Virus record (IMG/VR): IMGVR_UViG_3300032093_000017
Reading direction: 5' to 3' (one strand)
DNA from: a virus
Length of the DNA stretch: 64,000 nucleotides
A program made the translations under genes and the position numbers. The first letter of the stretch is position 1. Every line of letters starts with the position of its first letter. Positions 46,491-56,584 of the stretch are shown here, piece by piece. Below the pieces are notes generated by a model. The model saw only the letters and a program-made list of their open reading frames with translations, had not been told where the DNA came from and did no database searches.

Positions 46491-46700
46491 ATGGATTTAC
46501 AACAATTCATACATACTATAAATGATGAATTGGGAAATTCATCATTAAATAAACAAAGAAAAAGATACTTAGAAGCACATTTGGAAGAACTTTTGGAATA
46601 TCAAAAGAATAATCCAAATAATACTTTAATACCAAATGCATTAGAATTATTTTGCGATTTAAACCCAAACGCACTGGAGTGTAGAATTTACGATGATTGA
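46491..46700 (+). CDS. cp12: CP12 Calvin-cycle inhibitor
   Basis: LELFCDLNPNALECRIYDD C-terminus. Confidence 0.9.
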   Translation: MDLQQFIHTINDELGNSSLNKQRKRYLEAHLEELLEYQKNNPNNTLIPNALELFCDLNPNALECRIYDD

Positions 46701-48906
46701 AGAATCTTTATTGAAATCCAATTACATTGGCAAAGATGGTTTTTATTGGTGGATTGGACAAGTAGCAAATCAAAATTCTTGGAAAAGTAAATCTCAGTTT
46801 TCAGAAGAAAAGGGTTCTGACGGTCAAGTGTGGGCAGCAAGATGTAAGGTAAGAATTGTTGGTCATCATACTTTTGATGGTAATGTTCTTCCTGATGATG
46901 ATTTGCCTTGGGCACAGATTATGATGGACCCTGCTTTTGGAAGTGGTCAAGGTGGTATGGGAGCAACAATAAATTTAAAGGGTGGTGAGACTTGCTTTGG
47001 ATTTTTTATTGACGGAGATGATGCACAACAACCAGTCATAATGGGTCTTCTTCATCGTAGTGATGGTGTTAAGAATTTAATCTCAGAAGAGGTAATAGCA
47101 AAAGAAAAAAGTTCTCAATTCAAACCATTTACTGGACATCCTGGAAATAATATCCCAGCAACTCAAAGAAGTGCAAGAAAAGAAAAAGAAATTATTCCTG
47201 AAAATCCTCAAACAGAAACTTCTCCACTATCAACAAAAGACAAAGTAGATATTGCTTTTAATTCAAATGTTGGATTTTACACTGGGACTACTCGTGTATT
47301 TCCTCAGTATGGAGATAGACTTCAATTTGATGCATCATCTATATGGCAAGTTGCGAAAAAAGCAGATGTAGAAATTACAATACCTAATGGTTGTCAGAAT
47401 GGATTAATCGGAGATATTTCACAAGCTCTTCAGAGCTTTATGGCAATTACAAATGGATTAGACCGATATTTAAATGTTTATGTAGATACTGTATTAAATG
47501 AAATTGTAGATATAGGAAATCAAATTCGTAATACTGCTAGGTCTATACTTAGTATCGTAAAACTCATTATCAATAATTTAAGAAATACAATTTTTAAATG
47601 TATTACTTGGGCATTTAGAAAATTAGTCGGTCTTGTTGTTCCACAACCCCAACAAAAGATTGTTTTGGAATCAATGAAGAAAATTCTTGATGCAATTTTT
47701 TGTATTCTAGAAAAACTTCCATCAAGTCTTTTGGATTTTATTACAAATGCTTTACAGGATTTAGTAGATAGAACAGTAAATGTCCCTCTTTGTGCAGCAG
47801 AAGAATGGACTGCTGGAATTCTTGCTAAACTAATGAATGCGATTGAAGATGCATTATCTGATATAATGTCTGGTATTAGTTGGTTGACTGGTGGATTAGG
47901 AACAATTTCTGGAATTTTAAATCAAGCAAGTTCTTTGGCATCTCAAATTTTTAGTTTTCTTCAATGCACTGGACTTGCTTGCAAGAAACCACATACTTGG
48001 GCAGCAAAATTTGGACCAAGTGAAAAAGAAGCAGATGATTGGAAAAAAATGGTTAGTAATGTTAATGTGTTTAAAACTGCTGCTAAAGCAGGAAGTTCAA
48101 TAGAAGTTTCTCTTCGTAATACTCCTTTATATTCTGCAACTGATACTTTTGGGTCTGGATTTGGTGGTTTGATTGATAGAGCACTTAATAATGCATCTTG
48201 TGTGTCTAAAGTTCTTAATCCACAGAATCAGGATGATTTAATGAGAATGCCGATTGGAAGCAGATGGAAGACTTGTATACCTCCACAAGTTTATATTACT
48301 GGTGACGGAGTTGGTGCTAAAGCAATTCCAATAGTTGGTGATAATGGTAAGATTTTCTCTGTTCAAATTGCCAACAGGGGAGTTGGTTATACAAATGGAA
48401 CAACAGATGTAAGAATTGTTGATAAAAGTAATTATGGTTTAGGTGCAACTGCAAGAGTTGAGGTGAATGAAAAAGATGGTGGTATTGATAAAGTTATAAT
48501 TCTAAATTCTGGTGATGGATATTGTAAAGGCAATGTTACAGCACCAGGAATAAGTTCTTCTATAACTGGCACAGTACCAGGAATAAGTTCTTCTATAACT
48601 GGCACAGTTACTGATGTTGTGGTAGATAAACCAGGATATGGATATACAACTGGGGATAAAATTACTGATGGTAAAAATACTTATGAACCAATTATTTCTC
48701 CTGGAAGTGGAGCAATTGTAGATGTTAAGTTGCCAACAAATATTATAGGAGAATTTAAAACCATTCCCACACTAACTATAAATACCAACACAGGAGTAGG
48801 AGCAGAACTCATTCCAGTTATGCAATTTACTCCAAATTATTCTTCAACAACTGGTGTTCCAGCAGTCTCTGGAATCGCAGTAACCTCAGTGATAGATTGT
48901 GTATGA
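46693..48906 (+). CDS. gp5: Baseplate central spike gp5-like protein
   Basis: WWIGQV, R.KVRIVG.H, LPWA and GFFIDG.DAQQPVIMG (OB fold). Confidence 0.8.
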   Translation: MIEESLLKSNYIGKDGFYWWIGQVANQNSWKSKSQFSEEKGSDGQVWAARCKVRIVGHHTFDGNVLPDDDLPWAQIMMDPAFGSGQGGMGATINLKGGETCFGFFIDGDDAQQPVIMGLLHRSDGVKNLISEEVIAKEKSSQFKPFTGHPGNNIPATQRSARKEKEIIPENPQTETSPLSTKDKVDIAFNSNVGFYTGTTRVFPQYGDRLQFDASSIWQVAKKADVEITIPNGCQNGLIGDISQALQSFMAITNGLDRYLNVYVDTVLNEIVDIGNQIRNTARSILSIVKLIINNLRNTIFKCITWAFRKLVGLVVPQPQQKIVLESMKKILDAIFCILEKLPSSLLDFITNALQDLVDRTVNVPLCAAEEWTAGILAKLMNAIEDALSDIMSGISWLTGGLGTISGILNQASSLASQIFSFLQCTGLACKKPHTWAAKFGPSEKEADDWKKMVSNVNVFKTAAKAGSSIEVSLRNTPLYSATDTFGSGFGGLIDRALNNASCVSKVLNPQNQDDLMRMPIGSRWKTCIPPQVYITGDGVGAKAIPIVGDNGKIFSVQIANRGVGYTNGTTDVRIVDKSNYGLGATARVEVNEKDGGIDKVIILNSGDGYCKGNVTAPGISSSITGTVPGISSSITGTVTDVVVDKPGYGYTTGDKITDGKNTYEPIISPGSGAIVDVKLPTNIIGEFKTIPTLTINTNTGVGAELIPVMQFTPNYSSTTGVPAVSGIAVTSVIDCV
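48543..48608 (+). repeat. Perfect 33-nt tandem duplication in gp5
   Basis: ACCAGGAATAAGTTCTTCTATAACTGGCACAGT x2. Confidence 0.95.
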
Positions 48907-49487
48907 CAACTCCAGACCCACATTTAAGACAGACTGACCATTTTATAGAAGCTTGTGGAGTAGAAAGTCCTCATAATGGGAAGATAGACTATTCTTGCAC
49001 AACAAAAAAAGGTCAAGGATTTATCTATTATGAAAATGGTGATTTAGATATTGTTGCCGATAAAACATCAAAAGAAGTTGTCGGAAGAAAAATTACCAAT
49101 GAATCTGAACCAGCAAAAATTATTCGTGCGGAAAATGGAGGAATAGTACTATCTGCACCCTATGGAACTGTTACAATTGTTGCAGCAAACATTCGGTTTG
49201 TTGCTCTTGATGGAACAGGAGGAGGAGAGATTACATTTCAAGCATCTAAATTAATTCATCAAGACGCTCCAACGGTCACTACACAAGGAACAAATACAAC
49301 AACTGCAGCAGCAAATAATGCTTCAGTAACTGGAAGCACTGCATCTTTAAGTGCGAATACACAAGCAGAAGTTCAATCAGGAATAGACTCCGATAAGTCT
49401 TCTGTTTTGGGCAAAATATTAGATGCAATTACTAGGTTTAAAAATTTCTTTGCTTCCATTTGCTCTGATAATCCTGGAGGCAAATAA
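48903..49487 (+). CDS. Spike-associated structural protein
   Basis: Beta-rich ORF directly after gp5. Confidence 0.55.
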   Translation: MTTPDPHLRQTDHFIEACGVESPHNGKIDYSCTTKKGQGFIYYENGDLDIVADKTSKEVVGRKITNESEPAKIIRAENGGIVLSAPYGTVTIVAANIRFVALDGTGGGEITFQASKLIHQDAPTVTTQGTNTTTAAANNASVTGSTASLSANTQAEVQSGIDSDKSSVLGKILDAITRFKNFFASICSDNPGGK

Positions 49488-50311
49488 TGGCAGATTTTAC
49501 AGTTGCTAGCATTGGAGAAAAACTAATTGTAGGTCAATTGGATATGTCCTTTTTGACTGCTACTGCAGAAATTACTCCGGGAACAGCAGTTATTAATGGT
49601 CCTTGTTATATTGGTTTGACCCCACAGATTGGAGTTGCAAGAGCAACTTGTATGATTGGACCACCAGTGCCAGGTCTTACTGTTCCTGCTTCTCTTGAAG
49701 TTTCTGGAATCGCAAATTTTGTTGGAGATACAAATACAATAGGAATTTCTAAATTTTTGGGTCTTGCTATGAAATTAGCAGCAGATATATCTTCTGCTAT
49801 AAAAGTCAATTCGGGAGCACACATTTCCACTGCAAACAAAGTAATTACTGGAAATCTCAATGTTACTGAAAATGTAACCGCAGTTCGATATTTTGGAGAT
49901 ATTAGTGCTTGTGTCGGAAAAAAAAATTTTGATATTCCACATCCATCAAAACCAGGATGGAGACTAAGGCACGTTTGTATTGAAGGTCCAACTGCTGATG
50001 TTTTTGTGAGAGGGCAACTTGATAATAAAAATGTTATTGAACTTCCATATTATTGGAAAAATTTAGTTGATGTTGAGACCATTACTGTTCATCTTACACC
50101 AATTGAAATGCATCAAGAATTATTTGTAGATAAAATTGAGTGGGGAAATAAAATTTATATTAAAAATAATTCTGGTTCAGCAATTAAGTGTTATTATACT
50201 GTTTATGGTGAAAGAAAGGATACATCTAAAAATATTCCAGAATACGAAGGTACTTATGACGATTATCCAGGTGATAATCGTGAATATGTTTTAAGTGCAA
50301 TAAGGAGTTGA
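49487..50311 (+). CDS. Structural protein
   Basis: KNFDIPHP...RLRHVCIEGP...LP.YW C-terminal domain typical of phage fibre/spike proteins. Confidence 0.6.
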   Translation: MADFTVASIGEKLIVGQLDMSFLTATAEITPGTAVINGPCYIGLTPQIGVARATCMIGPPVPGLTVPASLEVSGIANFVGDTNTIGISKFLGLAMKLAADISSAIKVNSGAHISTANKVITGNLNVTENVTAVRYFGDISACVGKKNFDIPHPSKPGWRLRHVCIEGPTADVFVRGQLDNKNVIELPYYWKNLVDVETITVHLTPIEMHQELFVDKIEWGNKIYIKNNSGSAIKCYYTVYGERKDTSKNIPEYEGTYDDYPGDNREYVLSAIRS

Positions 50312-50314
50312 TAT

Positions 50315-51367
50315 ATGCCAGTACAGGAAATTATTGATGAATATAAATCAGAAATTGTTTCACTGGATAATCAAGTAAGTTCTTTGGGTACTTTGGTAGA
50401 TCCATTGCAATTGAAGATTAATCGTTTTATCAACCCTGTAGCACAACTTGATTTGGAAGTTTGCAATTTAACCGTAAAAATTAATCAAAAGATTTATGAT
50501 ATTGGAATTGTTGCAAACAATGCAAATGCTTGCGGATGTGGTTCAACTGCAACTCGTACAGAGGTCATTTATGATAGTGTTGGTGCTATAGTCGGAGTTA
50601 CAACAACAACTTACACTATTGGTAATTATTATTATTACGAACAAGTTAAAGCACATCGTATTAATGCAGAAAATACTTCATATACTGGAACTGATCCCTA
50701 TGGACCATATTTTGGAACTGACGGTTCTACAACTTTTACGACTGGAATAGGTTATGCTACCACTGTAAATGGAATTGACAATGATTCCATTACAAGTTTA
50801 ACAATCACAAATCCTGGTTATGGATACACACCAGGAACTTATTATCGTCAAGAATTAACTGGTGGAATAGGAACTGGTGGACTTGTTGATATTATAGTAG
50901 GAAGTGGAGGGACAATAATTACTTCAGTGATTGTGAATAATGGTGGAACTGGATATCAAACTAATCAAAGTGTTGGTGTTCTTTCATTTCCTGGTGCATC
51001 TTTTAACATTTCCCGTGTAGGTTCTCCTATTCTTGGTGTTGGTACAGATACTTATATTGTTGCAAGTTCTGGTGTAGGAAGTGTTTTTGTTCCCACCGTA
51101 TCCTCTGGAAATGTGAGTATTTGTTCCACATCTTGTGCGACATATTCATCTCAATTTACAATATTAAGTAATGATTTGTCATCTCTTCGTGCGAAACGAG
51201 ATAGTTTATTATCTGGAACCAATCATCTTAAAACAGAATCCAAAAAAATGTATGTACAAAGATATGGATTCGTTTTTGCACAAGGTGATTTAAATTCAAG
51301 AAAAAGTACGGTAAATAGTATTATAGGTACTTTATCTGATTCTACTTACGGCGATTATTTTGTATGA
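50315..51367 (+). CDS. Structural protein
   Basis: Coiled-coil ends; ITNPGYGY / NGGTGY repeats. Confidence 0.6.
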   Translation: MPVQEIIDEYKSEIVSLDNQVSSLGTLVDPLQLKINRFINPVAQLDLEVCNLTVKINQKIYDIGIVANNANACGCGSTATRTEVIYDSVGAIVGVTTTTYTIGNYYYYEQVKAHRINAENTSYTGTDPYGPYFGTDGSTTFTTGIGYATTVNGIDNDSITSLTITNPGYGYTPGTYYRQELTGGIGTGGLVDIIVGSGGTIITSVIVNNGGTGYQTNQSVGVLSFPGASFNISRVGSPILGVGTDTYIVASSGVGSVFVPTVSSGNVSICSTSCATYSSQFTILSNDLSSLRAKRDSLLSGTNHLKTESKKMYVQRYGFVFAQGDLNSRKSTVNSIIGTLSDSTYGDYFV

Positions 51368-54108
51368 GTATACTTTTAAGGGATACGAGAACTGGTCTTA
51401 TAACATCAACCGATTTAATTGAACCTTGGCTTGGATTGTATCTTCGTGAAAATCCAGATATTGTAAAAGTTGGAATTGCATTAAATGAAAATAAAAATTA
51501 TTATCCATATTTAAACGATAGTGCTATTGATAGCAACGATCCCGGTGTGAGTCTCGGATTAGTTTATAATCCTGGTTTGAATAGATTGGGAATAAACACA
51601 ACAAATCCACAAGCAACACTTGATGTTTTTGGTAATTTAAATGTAAGTGGTGTTGGAACAATTACAAAAAGATTTGACGTTGGGTATGGTGGGACAGTTT
51701 TTACTGTACTTAATAGTGGAGACTCAAATATTGTTGGACTCGGTTCAACTTATTCTGGAAATGTTGGTATTGGCAGCAACATACCAACACAAAAACTTGA
51801 TATTGCAGGAAGTATAAAAGTAGATGAAAATATATATGATTCTGTAAATTATTCTGGAGTTACTGGATATTATCTTTCCCGAGACATTAATGGAATTAGA
51901 TGGGTTGAAATAACCCCTGCCAGTGCTGCTGGAATTCTTGTTTATAATGACTTGTCTTTAATTGGAACTGGACAGTCTTTTTTTGGAATAAATTTTAACA
52001 CAGGACGAGGTGCTGGTGTTAACACTGATCCAGTTCAGGCATTTGTAAATTCAAGTAATTCAAACATTGCAGATGTTTATGTTTATGATTATTGGGATTA
52101 TGTAAATGGAAGTACATCAATCTACAGAAATTCTAATGTTGGAATTAACAATTCAAATCCTTCTTTTTCTCTGGATGTTGTCGGAACAGCAAGTGTTACT
52201 CAGACATTTCAAGTTGGAATTTCAGGCACAGTATTTACCACGACTGGAATTGGTTCGGTTGGAGTTGGAACCAATTTACCAATTAAAGATGTAGATATTG
52301 TAAAGGAGGCTTTATTCCAAAATACCGTAGAATTAAATTCCTCACTGATTGATATAAACAACAGCACTGCTACTGGAAAATTTGATTATCGTCTTTCTTC
52401 TGTAGGAACCGGAGTATCTTGGAGACCTTCTGGTGTTCAAACTCAAAATATCATATATGTAACCAAAGATGGTAATGATGCAAACAGTGGATTACTTGAA
52501 GGTGATGCAAAAGCAACTGTAGGAGCAGCAGCATCAATTGCACAAGATGGTGATACAATTTATATACGTCCTGGTGTTTATTTTGAAAATAATCCTATCG
52601 GTTTGAGAACTGATGTAACAGTATCAGGACAAGATTTGAGATTAGTCACAATCGTTCCACAAAATCGCACAAAAGATGTATTTCACGTTCGTAGAGGTTG
52701 CTTAATAGAAAATTTAAATTTTGCTGGTGGAGCACCAGGAGATCCAAATGCAGTTTCAATTGCTCATACTGGATGTGCAGCAGTTGCATTTCCTCCAATA
52801 GATATTGCCGACCGTGCAAATACTGGATATATTGCTGCAGGACCAACATTAGAAGGTCCATCTGGAAGATGGAGAAGTCCATACATTAGAAATTGTACCA
52901 ACTTTATGACAAAAAGTATTGGTATGAAGATTGATGGAAATCACGCAAGTGTTTCAGATCCTATTAATAATATTGGAAATAATCTCAAGTGTATGGTTTG
53001 TGATTCATTTACTCAATATAATGAAAATGGTATTGGTGTTTCCATTACAAACAATGGTTATGCTCAATTAGTATCTATTTTTACAATTAATTGTGATAAA
53101 GGAATTTATTGTGATAGTGGAGGATCTTGCGACCTTACAAACTCCAACTCTTCATTTGGTAATTATGGATTGTATGCAGTTGGATTGGGTTCTACAGAAT
53201 TTACTGGAAAGGTTAATCCTGTTCCTCAAAATTTTGGACCAGTTATAACAAGAGTAACTCCTGGTGTGAATGCAAATAGTGATAAAGTTGAACTTACAAA
53301 TGTAAAGGATGTATATAATGTACCACGAAGACCTTATGATGGTCAGGCTTTATTTTTCCAGATTAGTAATTTGGATGGGAGATATCCAGATGCAGCAAGT
53401 TTCCCAACTTTAACTTTACCGATGGTTAGAGTACAAGAAATTAAAATAATAGATGCTGGATCTGGATATAGTGCTTCATCTCCACCTAATGTCCGCATTA
53501 TTGATAGTAACGATAATACACAACAACCAAAAGGACCTCAAAGTATTATAGCACAATTAAGTCCCACAGTAGATGCAACTAATGGGAGTATCCTTTCAGT
53601 TGATGTGATAAGTAGTGGAAGAAATTATCTACCTACTCAAAATTTAATACTTCAAATTGATTCGCCAGTTGGTGCAGGTACTACTGCAACGGCAATAGTT
53701 ATTACACAACCAATTTATTATACAGTTGATGTTGCCACTCAAGTTTCTGCTGGTGGCACAACAACAGTTACATTTAATGAAAGAATTCCTTATGAGTTAT
53801 ATGGTGATGAAGATGTTTCATTAAAAAGAATTAGCAGAATTCTTACGAGTTCTCACTCTTTTGAATATATTGGTACTGGCACAAGTATAAATACTTCCAC
53901 ACCTTTTCAGGGGGCAGTTCCTATAAAAGCAAATGAAATTGTTGCTTTAGATGGGGCACAAGTACCATTCACAAGTACAGACCAAAAAGGTAATTTTGAT
54001 ATTGGAGAAGGTCTTCAGATTAATCAACCAACAAGAACAATTAGAGGGAGAGATTTCAGTAGAGCAATTCAGGCAGAAGTTACACCACTGATTTTAGCAT
54101 TAAGATAG
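51364..54108 (+). CDS. Tail fibre/spike protein with a beta-helix domain (module 1, gene A)
   Basis: VGI.T..P...LDV repeats; YVTKDGND and PYIRNCTNF motifs. Confidence 0.7.
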   Translation: MSILLRDTRTGLITSTDLIEPWLGLYLRENPDIVKVGIALNENKNYYPYLNDSAIDSNDPGVSLGLVYNPGLNRLGINTTNPQATLDVFGNLNVSGVGTITKRFDVGYGGTVFTVLNSGDSNIVGLGSTYSGNVGIGSNIPTQKLDIAGSIKVDENIYDSVNYSGVTGYYLSRDINGIRWVEITPASAAGILVYNDLSLIGTGQSFFGINFNTGRGAGVNTDPVQAFVNSSNSNIADVYVYDYWDYVNGSTSIYRNSNVGINNSNPSFSLDVVGTASVTQTFQVGISGTVFTTTGIGSVGVGTNLPIKDVDIVKEALFQNTVELNSSLIDINNSTATGKFDYRLSSVGTGVSWRPSGVQTQNIIYVTKDGNDANSGLLEGDAKATVGAAASIAQDGDTIYIRPGVYFENNPIGLRTDVTVSGQDLRLVTIVPQNRTKDVFHVRRGCLIENLNFAGGAPGDPNAVSIAHTGCAAVAFPPIDIADRANTGYIAAGPTLEGPSGRWRSPYIRNCTNFMTKSIGMKIDGNHASVSDPINNIGNNLKCMVCDSFTQYNENGIGVSITNNGYAQLVSIFTINCDKGIYCDSGGSCDLTNSNSSFGNYGLYAVGLGSTEFTGKVNPVPQNFGPVITRVTPGVNANSDKVELTNVKDVYNVPRRPYDGQALFFQISNLDGRYPDAASFPTLTLPMVRVQEIKIIDAGSGYSASSPPNVRIIDSNDNTQQPKGPQSIIAQLSPTVDATNGSILSVDVISSGRNYLPTQNLILQIDSPVGAGTTATAIVITQPIYYTVDVATQVSAGGTTTVTFNERIPYELYGDEDVSLKRISRILTSSHSFEYIGTGTSINTSTPFQGAVPIKANEIVALDGAQVPFTSTDQKGNFDIGEGLQINQPTRTIRGRDFSRAIQAEVTPLILALR

Positions 54109-54112
54109 TAAT

Positions 54113-54793
54113 ATGGCAGTTTCACCACTTAATACATATTTGACCATAGCAGTTCCTGTTGCACCAGGAGAACAAACTGTTTATACAGTTCCTACTGGAC
54201 AATCTTCTATTTTGTTATATGCTCAAGTTGCGAATGTTGGAGTCAACACTTATCCAATAGTTACACTTACACATAGAAGGGTAAGTAATTCTCAGAACAC
54301 AGTAGGAAATACAAGGAATACAAGAATTGCTAAAAATATAGAAGTTCCTCCAAATGATGTTGCTATTTTAATTGATGGCCGTCTAGTTTTAGAAAAGAGT
54401 GCAATTATTACTGACTCTATCGTTCTTTCAGGAATACAATCTGGAATTGTTTCAGTTTCTACTTGTTTTTACGATAATACTACAGGAATAACTACAGTTG
54501 AAACTTTAACTCCTCACAATTTTAATATTGGTGATGAAGTGACAATGAGTGGTCTTGCATTTACTTGTTCAAGTCAGTATGCGGGACTTACTACTACAAT
54601 TTTTCCATCACCTCAAAAGTCTTTTGTTATAGATTCTATTATTGGGAGTGTAGGAACATCAAAAACGTTTGTGACCAATTCTGGTATATCCATTGGTATT
54701 GCACACACTTATGTAAGTGGTGGTCAAGTAGGTCCGTTGCAAATGGAATTCATCTGTAGCATTCTTGAAACTAATGTATCTGGCATTGTATAA
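54113..54793 (+). CDS. Fibre-associated protein (module 1, gene B)
   Basis: Paralogue of 61138-61491. Confidence 0.6.
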   Translation: MAVSPLNTYLTIAVPVAPGEQTVYTVPTGQSSILLYAQVANVGVNTYPIVTLTHRRVSNSQNTVGNTRNTRIAKNIEVPPNDVAILIDGRLVLEKSAIITDSIVLSGIQSGIVSVSTCFYDNTTGITTVETLTPHNFNIGDEVTMSGLAFTCSSQYAGLTTTIFPSPQKSFVIDSIIGSVGTSKTFVTNSGISIGIAHTYVSGGQVGPLQMEFICSILETNVSGIV

Positions 54794-54795
54794 TT

Positions 54796-56577
54796 ATGAC
54801 AAAGTATTTAAGTGGAAGAGTAAAAAGAAGGTCACAGTCCGATTTAACAAGTGATAGATATAAGTACTTAGCAATAAATCAAGCAGAACCAAATCTTGGA
54901 GATCCTTCTTTACTGGAACAATCTCTTCCTTTTGGTCAACAATATCAAGTTGTTTCAGTATCTGGATATCCAGGGCAACGTTATTGGATTCCACCTGGAG
55001 GTGGATTGATACCTGGTTCTATTAGTGTTTATGATGAAAATATTATTGTTCCCAGTAATGCTGGTGTGAGTAGCATTACTCAAATAAATTTTGTTGGATC
55101 TGCAATTAGTGTAACTGGTTATTTAAATGCAGATAATTCCCCAGGAACTGGAGTTACTGTTAGAGTTTTTGCTCCAGGAAATAATCAACAAATATTTTTT
55201 AATAATAACAATGAGTTTGGAACTTCTTCATTATTGATTTTTGATAATGTTACTGGAATTTTAACAGCAGGAAAATCCATTAATGTTGGTATTGGTGCCA
55301 CTGTTTTGACTGCAACTTTAGATGGTTTAGTTGGAATTAGAACTGCAACCCCAACAGACCCATTAGACGTAAATGGAAATATAAGACTTCGTTCTGGTCT
55401 TAAAGATTTTAATAACAATGTAGGTATTGAAAGTTCTATTCTTGTTTCTACAGGTGCTGGAGTTTCTTGGACCTCCCCTTATGCTGCTGGTCTTCAGGGT
55501 CTTCAGGGACTTCAGGGCACTCAAGGAACACAGGGAACTCAAGGTACTCAAGGAACACAGGGAACACAGGGAACTCAAGGTACTCAAGGAACACAGGGAA
55601 CTCAAGGTACTCAAGGAACACAGGGAACTCAAGGTACTCAAGGTACTCAAGGTACTCAAGGTACTCAAGGAACACAGGGAACTCAAGGAACACAGGGTAC
55701 TCAGGGAACTCAAGGTACTCAAGGACTTCAGGGAACACAAGGAACTCAGGGCACTCAAGGCATCTCTGGGGAAGGAGGTGCTCAAGGAACTCAAGGAACA
55801 CAGGGTACTCAGGGAACTCAAGGTACTCAGGGAACTCAAGGACTTCAGGGAACACAAGGAACTCAGGGCACTCAAGGCATCTCTGGGGAAGGAGGTGCTC
55901 AAGGAACTCAAGGAACACAGGGTACTCAGGGAACTCAAGGTACTCAGGGAACTCAAGGTACTCAAGGTATCTCTGGTGGAGGAGGTGCTCAAGGAACACA
56001 GGGTACTCAGGGAACTCAAGGTACTCAAGGTATCTCTGGTGGAGGAGGTGCTCAAGGAACACAGGGTACTCAGGGAACTCAAGGTACTCAAGGTATCTCT
56101 GGTGGAGGAGGTGCTCAAGGAACACAGGGTACTCAGGGAACTCAAGGAACTCAAGGAACTCAAGGAACTCAAGGTCTTCAGGGAACCCAAGGTACTCAAG
56201 GCACTCAAGGTATTCAAGGTACTCAAGGAACACAGGGAACACAGGGAACTCAGGGAACCCAAGGTACTCAAGGCACTCAAGGTACTCAAGGTACTCAAGG
56301 TACTCAAGGTGCTACAGGAACAGGTACTCAAGGTACTACAGGAACAGGTACTCAAGGTACTCAGGGCACTCAGGGCACTCAAGGAACTCAAGGTGCTTCA
56401 GGTGTTACGAATATAACATTAACACAAACTGGTTATTCATGTACATATCCTATGTCTGCAAGTGGATCAACTATAACTGTTAATTCTAGTAGTAATGGAT
56501 ATGGAACTCGTTATGTCCAAACATACACACCTACAACTGAAGGATGTGATGGGGACATTTGGTATCAAATAACCTGA
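54796..56577 (+). CDS. Collagen-like fibre protein (module 1, gene C)
   Basis: About 100 Gly-X-Y triplets, mostly GTQ. Confidence 0.85.
   Translation: MTKYLSGRVKRRSQSDLTSDRYKYLAINQAEPNLGDPSLLEQSLPFGQQYQVVSVSGYPGQRYWIPPGGGLIPGSISVYDENIIVPSNAGVSSITQINFVGSAISVTGYLNADNSPGTGVTVRVFAPGNNQQIFFNNNNEFGTSSLLIFDNVTGILTAGKSINVGIGATVLTATLDGLVGIRTATPTDPLDVNGNIRLRSGLKDFNNNVGIESSILVSTGAGVSWTSPYAAGLQGLQGLQGTQGTQGTQGTQGTQGTQGTQGTQGTQGTQGTQGTQGTQGTQGTQGTQGTQGTQGTQGTQGTQGTQGTQGLQGTQGTQGTQGISGEGGAQGTQGTQGTQGTQGTQGTQGLQGTQGTQGTQGISGEGGAQGTQGTQGTQGTQGTQGTQGTQGISGGGGAQGTQGTQGTQGTQGISGGGGAQGTQGTQGTQGTQGISGGGGAQGTQGTQGTQGTQGTQGTQGLQGTQGTQGTQGIQGTQGTQGTQGTQGTQGTQGTQGTQGTQGTQGATGTGTQGTTGTGTQGTQGTQGTQGTQGASGVTNITLTQTGYSCTYPMSASGSTITVNSSSNGYGTRYVQTYTPTTEGCDGDIWYQIT
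55489..56403 (+). repeat. 9-nt coding tandem repeat (Gly-Thr-Gln)
   Basis: GGNACNCAR units with GISG(E/G)GGAQ interruptions. Confidence 0.95.
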
Positions 56578-56584
56578 TAAAATT

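Noticed and set aside
55363-56483. Four long alternative-frame ORFs
   Set aside because: By-products of the stop-free 9-nt GTQ repeat
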